From: Alistipes sp.
GTDB taxonomy: Bacteria; Bacteroidota; Bacteroidia; Bacteroidales; Rikenellaceae
Assembly: GCA_017380515.1 (NCBI GenBank)
Contig: JAFODV010000097.1
Location: 1 to 55,751 of the forward strand
Direction of reading: 5' to 3'
DNA length: 55,751 nucleotides
The position numbers and the translations under genes are program-made. The first letter of the stretch is position 1, and every line of letters starts with the position of its first letter. The notes below the pieces were generated by a model. The model did not search any database. It saw only the letters and a program-made list of their open reading frames with translations, and was not told the DNA's origin. This document shows positions 31,212-39,876 of this stretch, in pieces.

Positions 31212-32216
31212 TTATCTCTTATGTTCGGCAAGCATGGCAAAAACAGTAACAAGATCATTTACCTCTTTTTCAAGATTAAGATCTTTTTCTTCTATTTTTC
31301 CTCCTTTTTTTACCGCTTCATCTACTAATACTGACTTGACTCCTTTTTTTAGATCTTCTATATATGCCTCACCTAATTTACTATCTATACTTTTAATGAA
31401 TTCTAAATCGGCTTTGAATTGCTCTAGTGCAGAATCTAATGCAAGATCATCCTTTTTTATGGACGCTATCATAAGTTCTCTTCCTACTATAAATCCAGGA
31501 AAGTACCATCGAGGAATGCGGTAATCTTTATTATCTGGAAATATAAATAGTGGTATTTCCTCTATGCCAGGGTCTGGGGTTAAGTAATATTTCGAGGGTC
31601 TGTCTTCCTTTGCTTTTTGTATTGATTTTCCTTCCATAAGAGCATTTAAATAGTATGCGAAACTATCATAAGCTACAAGAGAGTCAACTGAGACATTATA
31701 CCCAAAATACATTGAAGCTCCTTTATTTATGAACACAAGAGGAAATTCGTTCATCTCCTCCAAAGTGTCGCCACTCACGGTCTTGCATGCAGCTGCAAAA
31801 ATGATAGCATCTTTTTTGACATTAATCCTTTCGTCATTGAAAGCTGTTGCGGTAACATATTGGTCGCCAAACATTAACATGTGCCTACCATTTTCCTCGT
31901 CATATTTGCCATGAGTCGCAATTATAGCTATATTACTTCTCTCCAATATTTTTGAAATGCCTTCTGCTGAAACGCCATCTTGGGTTTTAAACTCTTTTTG
32001 ATTGGCGACTATAACATCCCAATGAGTCCATTTTACTAATTCTTCAATTTGGGATACATACCAGCTAAACTTTTCATGGTAAATAATGCCAATTGTGAAC
32101 TTTGTGTCGTCAGGCTTGGTAGTGTTGGTTTGTTGTACAGTGTTGGCGTAGCCTAAGGACGTAGTACAAACGGCAAGAAAGAGTGTTGCAATAGCAAGAA
32201 AAATTGACTTTTTCAT
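31212..32216 (-). CDS. AT-rich secreted protein, putative clan CD (caspase/gingipain-like fold) cysteine peptidase
   Basis: Signal peptide from MKKSIF; AIIATHG ... IIFAAAC ... GASMYFGY..V pattern; promoter TACATTTG at 32250-32257. Confidence 0.55.
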   Translation of the reverse strand: MKKSIFLAIATLFLAVCTTSLGYANTVQQTNTTKPDDTKFTIGIIYHEKFSWYVSQIEELVKWTHWDVIVANQKEFKTQDGVSAEGISKILERSNIAIIATHGKYDEENGRHMLMFGDQYVTATAFNDERINVKKDAIIFAAACKTVSGDTLEEMNEFPLVFINKGASMYFGYNVSVDSLVAYDSFAYYLNALMEGKSIQKAKEDRPSKYYLTPDPGIEEIPLFIFPDNKDYRIPRWYFPGFIVGRELMIASIKKDDLALDSALEQFKADLEFIKSIDSKLGEAYIEDLKKGVKSVLVDEAVKKGGKIEEKDLNLEKEVNDLVTVFAMLAEHKR

Positions 32217-32410
32217 ATTGTTGTGATTAGATTTGTTTAACATCTAATACAAATGTAGGAAGATTAATGTAAACAAACAAGACTTTCCTCGATTTGATGT
32301 TTGTTTTTTACCAATGAGTTGAATCTAATAAATTTAGCAATTATCTCCTTAACTTCACTAGTACCCCTAAATTCACTATGTTCCATCATGCATAAGCGCC
32401 CGTACAGCAA

Positions 32411-32449
32411 AAAATAAAGGACAATCCCTGAAGATTGTCCTTTATTTTT
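32411..32449 (-). terminator. Terminator after prs
   Basis: AAAATAAAGGACAATC-loop-GATTGTCCTTTATTTT. Confidence 0.8.
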
Positions 32450-32463
32450 TATGGCAAATCAGA

Positions 32464-33405
32464 CTATCGGTAGAAGATAGATGAGATTGACTTGTAGTTG
32501 TGTACACGCTCGATAACCTCAGCAAAGATTGGTGCTACGCTCAATACGGTGAACTTAGACAAATCCTCACCCTCCTTCAATGGAATAGTATCGGTTGTGA
32601 TAACCTCCTGGATAGCGCTCTCGTTGATGCGGTCGTAAGCCTTGCCTGAAAGAACAGGGTGGGTTACAGCAGCACGTACGCTCTTAGCACCACGATCCAT
32701 AAGCATGTTAGCGGCCATGCAGATAGTACCTGCGGTGTCGATCATATCGTCAACGATGATTACGTTTCTACCCTCAACCTCGCCGATAGCTGTCATTGAA
32801 CCAACAACGTTAGCCTTAGCGCGCTCCTTGTGTGAGATGATGATAGGTGCCTGGAAGTGCTTTGCATAAGATGATGCACGCTTAGCACCACCCATATCTG
32901 GAGAAGCGATAGAGAGGTCTGGAATGTTGAGCTTCTGGATGTATGGTACGAAGATGCCTGAAGCATACAACGCATCCATTGGAAGGTCGAAGAAACCCTG
33001 AATCTGATCTGCGTGGAGGTCCATGGTCATCACACGCTGAACACCTGCTGCGATAAGCATGTTAGCAACAAGACGTGCGGTGATAGGCACACGTGGACGA
33101 TCCTTACGATCCTGACGTGCCCAACCGAAGTATGGGATAACGGCAATAACCTGGTGAGCTGAAGCACGACGTGCAGCATCGGCCATCATCAAAAGCTCCA
33201 TCAAGTTGTCTGATGGTGGGAATGTTGACTGAATGATAAATACTGTACAGCCACGAATAGACTCGTGGAAGCAAGGCTGGAACTCGCCGTCGCTAAACTG
33301 TAGAACGTCAGAGTCTCCGAGAGGAATGCCATACTCAGCAGCAATCTTCTCTGCGAGGTAGCGTGAGCCTCGACCGGTGAAAAATTTAATCTTATGGATT
33401 GCCAT
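32464..33405 (-). CDS. prs: Ribose-phosphate pyrophosphokinase
   Basis: FSDGE, YFGWARQDRK, DLHADQIQGFF, SPDMGG, VDDMIDTAGT; start set at MAIHK, after TAATTTTG at 33433-33440. Confidence 0.98.
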   Translation of the reverse strand: MAIHKIKFFTGRGSRYLAEKIAAEYGIPLGDSDVLQFSDGEFQPCFHESIRGCTVFIIQSTFPPSDNLMELLMMADAARRASAHQVIAVIPYFGWARQDRKDRPRVPITARLVANMLIAAGVQRVMTMDLHADQIQGFFDLPMDALYASGIFVPYIQKLNIPDLSIASPDMGGAKRASSYAKHFQAPIIISHKERAKANVVGSMTAIGEVEGRNVIIVDDMIDTAGTICMAANMLMDRGAKSVRAAVTHPVLSGKAYDRINESAIQEVITTDTIPLKEGEDLSKFTVLSVAPIFAEVIERVHNYKSISSIFYR

Positions 33406-33481
33406 ATTTAATTTGGTTATGTTAACGTACCACAAAATTAGGTCAAATAAGCCGAATAAACAACTTTTTGACACTTTATTT

Positions 33482-34081
33482 CTAATAATTTGTTAGTGCA
33501 TCTTCAATAAAGGTTAGTATCTCCTCGCGACCAGTGCCTTTCTCGCTCGACGATACGAACATTGGTGGCAGCTCCTCCCACTCCTCAGAAAGCATTTGTT
33601 TGTAAGCTTTTATGTTGCGGTTGAGCTGTGCTTGCGACAGCTTGTCGGCCTTGGTGAAGATGATGCCAAATGGTATACCATTTGTGCCAAGAAGCTCTAT
33701 GAAGCGTAGGTCGATTTTCTGTGGCTCAAGACGTGAATCAACCAAGACAAACAGAAAGTGCATTTTTTCGCACTTGAGCACATAGTCGGTTATGAGCTTC
33801 GAAAACTCGCCACGGGCTGTCTTCGATACACGTGCATAGCCATATCCTGGTAGGTCTACAAGATACCAGCTGTCATTAATGGTGAAGTGGTTTATGAGCT
33901 TTGTCTTGCCCGGTGTTCCCGACACCTTGGCCAATCCCTTTTGTCCTGTGAGCATGTTAACAAGTGACGACTTGCCCACGTTGCTTCGGCCGATAAATGC
34001 TATATCCTTAAGCTCATCTTTAGGTACTTGCGACACCTTCTCAGAGCTGCACTTAAATTTTGCTTTGATGGTAATTGCCAT
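33482..34081 (-). CDS. engB: Ribosome biogenesis GTPase YihA/YsxC
   Basis: GRSNVGKSS, TPGKT, DLPGYGY, TKADK motifs. Confidence 0.97.
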   Translation of the reverse strand: MAITIKAKFKCSSEKVSQVPKDELKDIAFIGRSNVGKSSLVNMLTGQKGLAKVSGTPGKTKLINHFTINDSWYLVDLPGYGYARVSKTARGEFSKLITDYVLKCEKMHFLFVLVDSRLEPQKIDLRFIELLGTNGIPFGIIFTKADKLSQAQLNRNIKAYKQMLSEEWEELPPMFVSSSEKGTGREEILTFIEDALTNY

Positions 34082-34343
34082 AGCGAACTCTTATTTTGTG
34101 CAAAAGTACGAAAAAAAAGAAAACTTTTCCTACCATTATTAATAAATATAGTAGGGCTGTGTCACATTTGCTAAAGTCTGTGGCTTGTTGCTGACTAAAA
34201 TACCTTCTCTACGCCCCACAAAAAAGAAGATATTTTCTGTAAGCATATCTTTTGTCTAAATCTTTTTTTAGTGTTGTAGCCCTTGTTTAAATGTTTTGTT
34301 ATATCTTTGCCAGTTGGAATCAAATATTTAAAAATTATATACT

Positions 34344-35567
34344 ATGAAAAAGTTTTTTGCGCTCGTTGCGCTTGTGGCTGTTGCCCTTACTTCATGTGAT
34401 AAAGGCAACGATGGTGAGACTACGAAATCGGTTATTAGACTCTACGAAACAGAGGTGGTGTTTGCGAATAGTGGTGGCGAGAAGATTGTAGGATTTGGTA
34501 TTGACAATGCAGTAGGCGGTAAGGCTACGGCACAGGATGATGCTGAGTGGCTCGATGCTGAGATAGTGTTCAATGGTGAGGTTACTATCACCGCTGAGGC
34601 TAACGAGGGTGATGCTCGCGAGGCTAAGGTTACTATTAAGTATGCCGATGCTAAGGATGCTATTATTGTTGTTAAGCAGAAGGCTGGTAATGTGATGTAC
34701 GACATAGAGTATGAGGCTAAGCACTTGGAGGGTACATATTTTGGCACACAGTACTCTGATAACCACAACTACTTTGTTATCCTCTCGGACATTGGCGCTA
34801 CTGCCAAGGGCGAGGTAAAGAGTAATGGAGTCTACTACTTCTTCGACTTCTACTCAAAGGTAGCGGGCAACGCGGAGTCTCCAGTACTCCCTAACGGTAC
34901 CTATACGTTCGATGCTAATAATACATTAGGCGACCTTACCTTCAGCGACGATGGTAGTTGGTATCAGGAGCAGGAGAATGGCAAGACCATAAAGGCAGCA
35001 AACATTAAGAGTGCTACAGTCGTTGTTGAGAGTGGCAAGTTTGATGCTATCATTGAGTTTACAACAGGAGAAGTACACCGCGTAACTTATGAGGGCGACC
35101 TCACATTGGGATTTGACGAGGTACATACTACCTTCAATAAGGATGTTAAGCTCACTGTCGACGGTGCAGCGATCTCAGCTGCAAACTATGGTGATATCCT
35201 AGGAAATGGCTTGCAGGCATGGTACATCGAGGCTGTGAAGGGCGACGAGCTCTTCATGTTGGAGATCTTCACAGCAAGCGCTAATAGCCCTGCGGGTGTC
35301 TACACTGCTCTTGCAGCTTCTGACAACAACTATAGTAATAAGTTCATTCCAGGTATTATCAGCGATGGCATGGCTGGTACATGGTATGCAAAGCTTACAA
35401 ATGGCGCTATCAAGGGTGATGTTATGGCTCCTTTTGTAGATGGCCTTGTTAAGATTGAAGTTGCAGGTAATACTGCTACTATCAGCTATAGCGTTAGAGA
35501 TGACGCGGGCAACCAGTTTGATTGCACGGTAAGCGGTAGCTATACCAAAACAGAGGTAGAGAAGTAA
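34344..35567 (+). CDS. BACON-domain surface lipoprotein
   Basis: LTSC lipobox, W..AEANEGDAREAKV..VKQ BACON pattern; promoter TATCTTTG at 34302. Confidence 0.75.
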   Translation: MKKFFALVALVAVALTSCDKGNDGETTKSVIRLYETEVVFANSGGEKIVGFGIDNAVGGKATAQDDAEWLDAEIVFNGEVTITAEANEGDAREAKVTIKYADAKDAIIVVKQKAGNVMYDIEYEAKHLEGTYFGTQYSDNHNYFVILSDIGATAKGEVKSNGVYYFFDFYSKVAGNAESPVLPNGTYTFDANNTLGDLTFSDDGSWYQEQENGKTIKAANIKSATVVVESGKFDAIIEFTTGEVHRVTYEGDLTLGFDEVHTTFNKDVKLTVDGAAISAANYGDILGNGLQAWYIEAVKGDELFMLEIFTASANSPAGVYTALAASDNNYSNKFIPGIISDGMAGTWYAKLTNGAIKGDVMAPFVDGLVKIEVAGNTATISYSVRDDAGNQFDCTVSGSYTKTEVEK

Positions 35568-35589
35568 TAGCTGCTATTGCATGTAATAG

Positions 35590-35623
35590 ATAGAGGACTG
35601 TACCACGAGGTGCAGTCCTCTAT
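35590..35623 (+). terminator. Terminator
   Basis: ATAGAGGACTGTAC-loop-GTGCAGTCCTCTAT followed by a T tract. Confidence 0.8.
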
Positions 35624-35730
35624 TTTGTTTTGGTGTAGCCGCTTCTAGAGCTACCCATCGACCTTGCTCTATACACATATTGAGGGTGAGTATATAAAGA
35701 AAAAGGCCTAACCGAAGTTAAGCCTTTTGA

Positions 35731-35808
35731 TGGTCGGGATACCAGGATTCGAACCTGGGACCCCCTGCTCCCAAAGCAGGTGCGCTAACCGGACTGCGCT
35801 ACATCCCG
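35731..35808 (-). tRNA. tRNA-Pro(UGG)
   Basis: CGGGATGTAGCGCAG...TTTGGGA anticodon loop...GGTTCGAATCC...CCCGACCA; promoter TACCTTTG at 35833-35840; downstream hairpin at 35701-35728. Confidence 0.98.
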
Positions 35809-36020
35809 TGATTGGTTTCCCATTTCGAGCGACAAAGGTACACTAAAATTTTTAATCTCCAAAACTTTTCTCAACTTTTTTTAGTTTTTAGTGCATTTTT
35901 TTGCAATAACCCTATATTTTGCCACATTTTTCAGGTTTTTGCGACGAGAATCACCCCCGACAACTAACAAAAGCTCTCGACCTACTTTACGACAAAGTGA
36001 GGTCGAGAGCGTGTAAAATG

Positions 36021-37277
36021 TTAATATCTTTCAATGAAATCGGTGAGAAGCCTGAACGTAGGCTCGTAGCTGCTGAAGATACAGTTTGCCCAGGTGTCGT
36101 ATATGGTGTGGTAGTATTTGAAGGCGTCGCCACCCTCATTCATGAAGAAGATGCATGGTACGCCTCGTTTGGCAAATGGGTAGTGGTCGCTATTGTCGGC
36201 GAGCTGTTGTTTGTCCAGCTTCTCGAAATAGCCCTTTTCGGCATTTATATCCTCATAGAGCGAGAATCCCGCCATGCCCTCGTTGCTAACCTCGCAATAG
36301 ATAGCTGGATTGTTGTCGGCAATCATGTCGAGGTTGATGAGATATCTAATTTGGTCCAGTGGCACGGTAGGGTGGTTGGCATACCACTCAGAGCCACGTA
36401 GGTTAGCATCCTCGCCTGAGAAGGCTATGAAGTAGATGTCGTACTCTGGTGTGTTTTGCGCATAGTAGGCCGCCAAGGTGATAATTGCTGCTGTGCCCGA
36501 TGCGTTGTCATGAGCACCAGGATAGAAGGTCTTCTTGCCAAGCTTGCCGAGGTGGTCGTAGTGCGCTGTAAAAACATAACAGCTGTCGTGTCGTCTGCCC
36601 TCCACCTTTGCGATGACATTGAAGCACTCATAATCGGTGAGAAACTCGTTGTCGATATCGAGCTTAATGTGCTTGGCATCTGTTGGAAAGTCGGGTGTTA
36701 CCCATATTATCGGCTTCTCTTTTACAACCTCGCCATATGCCTTGTAGAATTTTAGTGGTGTCTCCCATGTGTATACTAAGCCAGCATTGCTACAATCGGC
36801 CTTGCTTTGTAGCTTTTTGAAGTCATCGGAATGCTGAAACGAGAACATGAAGTCGCATACCACAAAGGCGCCGTTATACTCCTCCGAGGCCAAATCTGCA
36901 AACATCTTTTCGGCATTGTAGTTCTCCATGTCGACATAGTAGAGCTTGAACTCGCCCTCGATGCCTGGGTTGAACTCACGCAGTGTGAAGTCTACGCCAG
37001 GGGTTAGTCGATTGCCGTCGACCGATACCTCCATATCATTGGGGAAGGTGTTGATGTTTAGCGTAAATGGCTGGCATACAACCTCGTCAGCGCCAACCCT
37101 TGCAAACTCCTTAGCTATCCATTTTCCTGCTTTGTTTGCGCCATCATCGGCATATCCTCGTCCCTGATACCTCTTTGAGCTTAGCTCCTTGATGATATTT
37201 TTGTAGTGAGCTAAATCCTGAGCATTGAGCTGAATGCTTATGGCTATTAGTGCCATTAGTAGAAAGAGTCTTTTCAT
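36021..37277 (-). CDS. M28-family aminopeptidase
   Basis: Signal peptide NA|Q, AHYDHLG, GAHDNASG, NLDM, SDH, YYHT. Confidence 0.9.
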   Translation of the reverse strand: MKRLFLLMALIAISIQLNAQDLAHYKNIIKELSSKRYQGRGYADDGANKAGKWIAKEFARVGADEVVCQPFTLNINTFPNDMEVSVDGNRLTPGVDFTLREFNPGIEGEFKLYYVDMENYNAEKMFADLASEEYNGAFVVCDFMFSFQHSDDFKKLQSKADCSNAGLVYTWETPLKFYKAYGEVVKEKPIIWVTPDFPTDAKHIKLDIDNEFLTDYECFNVIAKVEGRRHDSCYVFTAHYDHLGKLGKKTFYPGAHDNASGTAAIITLAAYYAQNTPEYDIYFIAFSGEDANLRGSEWYANHPTVPLDQIRYLINLDMIADNNPAIYCEVSNEGMAGFSLYEDINAEKGYFEKLDKQQLADNSDHYPFAKRGVPCIFFMNEGGDAFKYYHTIYDTWANCIFSSYEPTFRLLTDFIERY

Positions 37278-37430
37278 GTGGTACTATGTTTTTGTTTGAC
37301 TTTATTCGATAAGGTGGCCTCGATGTTTGAATTTGAGGTTGTTGTACAAAGTTACGAAAAAGTTTCGAAACAAAGTACTATCAGCATGTAAGTTCTTGGC
37401 TAACTTATGAATTAATGTTTGCCATAAAAT

Positions 37431-37472
37431 AGAAGCGAGGGTGTCCATTATGTTTAGGACGCCCTCGCTTCT
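37431..37472 (-). terminator. Terminator
   Basis: AGAAGCGAGGGTGTCC-loop-GGACGCCCTCGCTTCT. Confidence 0.8.
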
Positions 37473-37488
37473 GTTTTATAGGGAACCG

Positions 37489-39825
37489 CTATTTGCGGTC
37501 AAAGCGCATGGCAGATTCCGACTTGATCTCTGAGGTGTGGTGCTTGCGCTTATGTGCTATGTTAATGTTCTCAATGCTGAGAGTATTCTTTGTTGCCTTG
37601 TCGGCTGATAGTGCCGAGGTGTTGATTGTTCCCATGTAGTAGTCGACAAACTCCTGGGCATCGCCAGCACCCTCACGAGTGAAGGTGTGAACGCTACGAT
37701 ATACTGGAGATGGGTTGCCATCGTAGTCGAAGGCCACGGCAGCAATCATAATGGTCTTATCCCACTCGCCACGGAAGTAGGCAGGAGTCCAGTAGGCTCC
37801 TACGTTGTATAGGTTGTCGATAAGCAGGTCGTCGGAGTACTGCTCGGCATCTTCGAGACCATCGACATACTCAAACATGGTGTACAAGAAGCTTGAGTAC
37901 TCGCCATCAATGGTTACGCTCATGGGCACAACAACCCATCCTTGCCATGAACTGCAATAGTCAGGCTCGATGGCGTAAACCTCGTCGCCATCGTAGTAGG
38001 CGTCGAAACCTGCGGTGATGGTTATGTCGGCAATAACGGCATCACTCGTTCTAAACTCACCACCGCTACGCATAGTGCCAAGATACTCAAACGTGTTGGG
38101 GTTCATTGGTATTACAACAATCTTGTAGTCGGTAGATGGCTTAAGGTGGGTAATATGGCTATCCACAGCACCCTGAGCAAGTTCATAGTAGCTAAACTCC
38201 CAATAATCGCCATAGTATGTCGAGTTGTAAGAGTTCAAGATGTAGGCCTTTATATCCTCCTCAGTCATAGACGCCTCAAAGACATTCCAATAGTAGGTAA
38301 TGCTATAGTCTGATGGCGTGATTTTAACCTTTGCCTCGCGGTCGTCGATGTCTGTAACCTCGAAGTTGTAGATGCAAGCCTCGATGTCGCCAGCCTCAGC
38401 AGTGGTGATATTCTTACGCACGATAGATGTGGTGAGTGTTCCCGCCTCGTAGCCGAAGGCGAGCACGGCATACTCTGTTCCTGCATCCAAGCCACTGAAC
38501 GTGCCCGCAACGTCGCCCTCGCAAATGTAGTAGGCTAAACCTGATGTGCCATAGGTTGATAGGATATGTTTGAAGATAGCATCATCGCTACGCATCTTGG
38601 CAATCTCCTGCGCATGAATAGGGAAGATGACATAAGGATCGGGAGTAGTTGTGGTTGTTGCAATGTCGAATGTAGACTGCGTTACATTGCTGATATCCAT
38701 GGTTATGACATTCTCTGAAGCGGGAATCTCGCCCACCTCAAACCACTTATACGACACCTCACTTAGGCGCTCGCACTTGTCGTTCCACTTAAAGGCGAAG
38801 ACCAAATATTCGGTATTTGCCATAGCCTCGAACTCATACTCTGTGGCCAAGTAGTCGGTGTTGTACTCGAAGGTCTCGGCAAGCGTATAGTCCCATGCCG
38901 CATAGTCGTCTATGATTTTGGCAATGACAGCGTCTGCGGCCTTATTAACATCACCGCCATAAAGCTCGAAATCCTCGCGTGTGATAAGGTTGTTGAAGTA
39001 GGCAACGCCCTCGTGTGAAGGTGTGATGCTAATCTTTGCTATGGCGCGATTCACCTCAACATTGATGTCGTATGTTACGTCGTTGCCCTCGTATGGTGGC
39101 TCGGTCTTAAATTCGGCATGCGCCACACGTGTTGTCACCTTGCCCGCAGGCGTAAGACCATAGATATATACCACATACTCGGTCTCGGGGTCGAGGCCCG
39201 CCATGCGTAGGTTGGTGTGTGAGCCACGGCTGAGCACGCCCGAGAGATACTCCTCGATGGTGATGCCCATCTCGCTTGCTACGCCGTTGTAGTAGCGCAT
39301 ATCCTCGCTTAGAAGCTCCTCGGTGGTGTAGCCCTCATACCAATCTTTGCCCACAATCTGACCAATCCATGTAGTCTGCTCGTCGAGAGCCTTCACTGAG
39401 AATGTCACCGATGTAGCATCGGCCTTCTCGATGGTGAGCTTCAATGGAGCCTCGTAGCCCAGCTGGCGCACCTTGAGGATGTTTCTTTCGCTGCCATACT
39501 TTAGATTGAGTGTTGCTGTGCGCTCCTCGCTGTCGTTCTCGGCCACCGAGAACTCAACGATAGTATCGCCAATCTTGTCGATTGTTAGCCACTCCTCGGC
39601 ACACTCTATTTCGAGGCTTACGCCCTCTATGCGCTCCTTGATGTCGTAGTTGAAGCGCTGTGTGGTGGCATCTATGCCTACCTCTATCTCGCTGTTATAG
39701 AGTATGATGCCACTATCCTTAACATCCTCACCACCACGCTCACACGAGCATAGTCCAGCCACCGCAGCGACAATCATCGCCACGCCTAAAAACACTCTTT
39801 TCATCATCATTGCTATGATATTCAA
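37489..39825 (-). CDS. BACON + repeated Fn3-like domain surface lipoprotein
   Basis: LCSC lipobox, BACON pattern, repeated L.P.TEY.V..F..T modules; true start may be one of the internal Mets. Confidence 0.72.
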   Translation of the reverse strand: MNIIAMMMKRVFLGVAMIVAAVAGLCSCERGGEDVKDSGIILYNSEIEVGIDATTQRFNYDIKERIEGVSLEIECAEEWLTIDKIGDTIVEFSVAENDSEERTATLNLKYGSERNILKVRQLGYEAPLKLTIEKADATSVTFSVKALDEQTTWIGQIVGKDWYEGYTTEELLSEDMRYYNGVASEMGITIEEYLSGVLSRGSHTNLRMAGLDPETEYVVYIYGLTPAGKVTTRVAHAEFKTEPPYEGNDVTYDINVEVNRAIAKISITPSHEGVAYFNNLITREDFELYGGDVNKAADAVIAKIIDDYAAWDYTLAETFEYNTDYLATEYEFEAMANTEYLVFAFKWNDKCERLSEVSYKWFEVGEIPASENVITMDISNVTQSTFDIATTTTTPDPYVIFPIHAQEIAKMRSDDAIFKHILSTYGTSGLAYYICEGDVAGTFSGLDAGTEYAVLAFGYEAGTLTTSIVRKNITTAEAGDIEACIYNFEVTDIDDREAKVKITPSDYSITYYWNVFEASMTEEDIKAYILNSYNSTYYGDYWEFSYYELAQGAVDSHITHLKPSTDYKIVVIPMNPNTFEYLGTMRSGGEFRTSDAVIADITITAGFDAYYDGDEVYAIEPDYCSSWQGWVVVPMSVTIDGEYSSFLYTMFEYVDGLEDAEQYSDDLLIDNLYNVGAYWTPAYFRGEWDKTIMIAAVAFDYDGNPSPVYRSVHTFTREGAGDAQEFVDYYMGTINTSALSADKATKNTLSIENINIAHKRKHHTSEIKSESAMRFDRK

Positions 39826-39830
39826 AAAGC

Positions 39831-39862
39831 AAAGAGTGCTTAAGCGTCCTTAAGCACTCTTT
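39831..39862. terminator. Intergenic hairpin
   Basis: AAAGAGTGCTTAAG-cgtc-CTTAAGCACTCTTT. Confidence 0.7.
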
Positions 39863-39876
39863 ACCGTATGGTTAAA

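Noticed and set aside
35731-35808. tRNA-Pro as an integration site
   Set aside because: No integrase and no duplicated tRNA 3' end seen in the window
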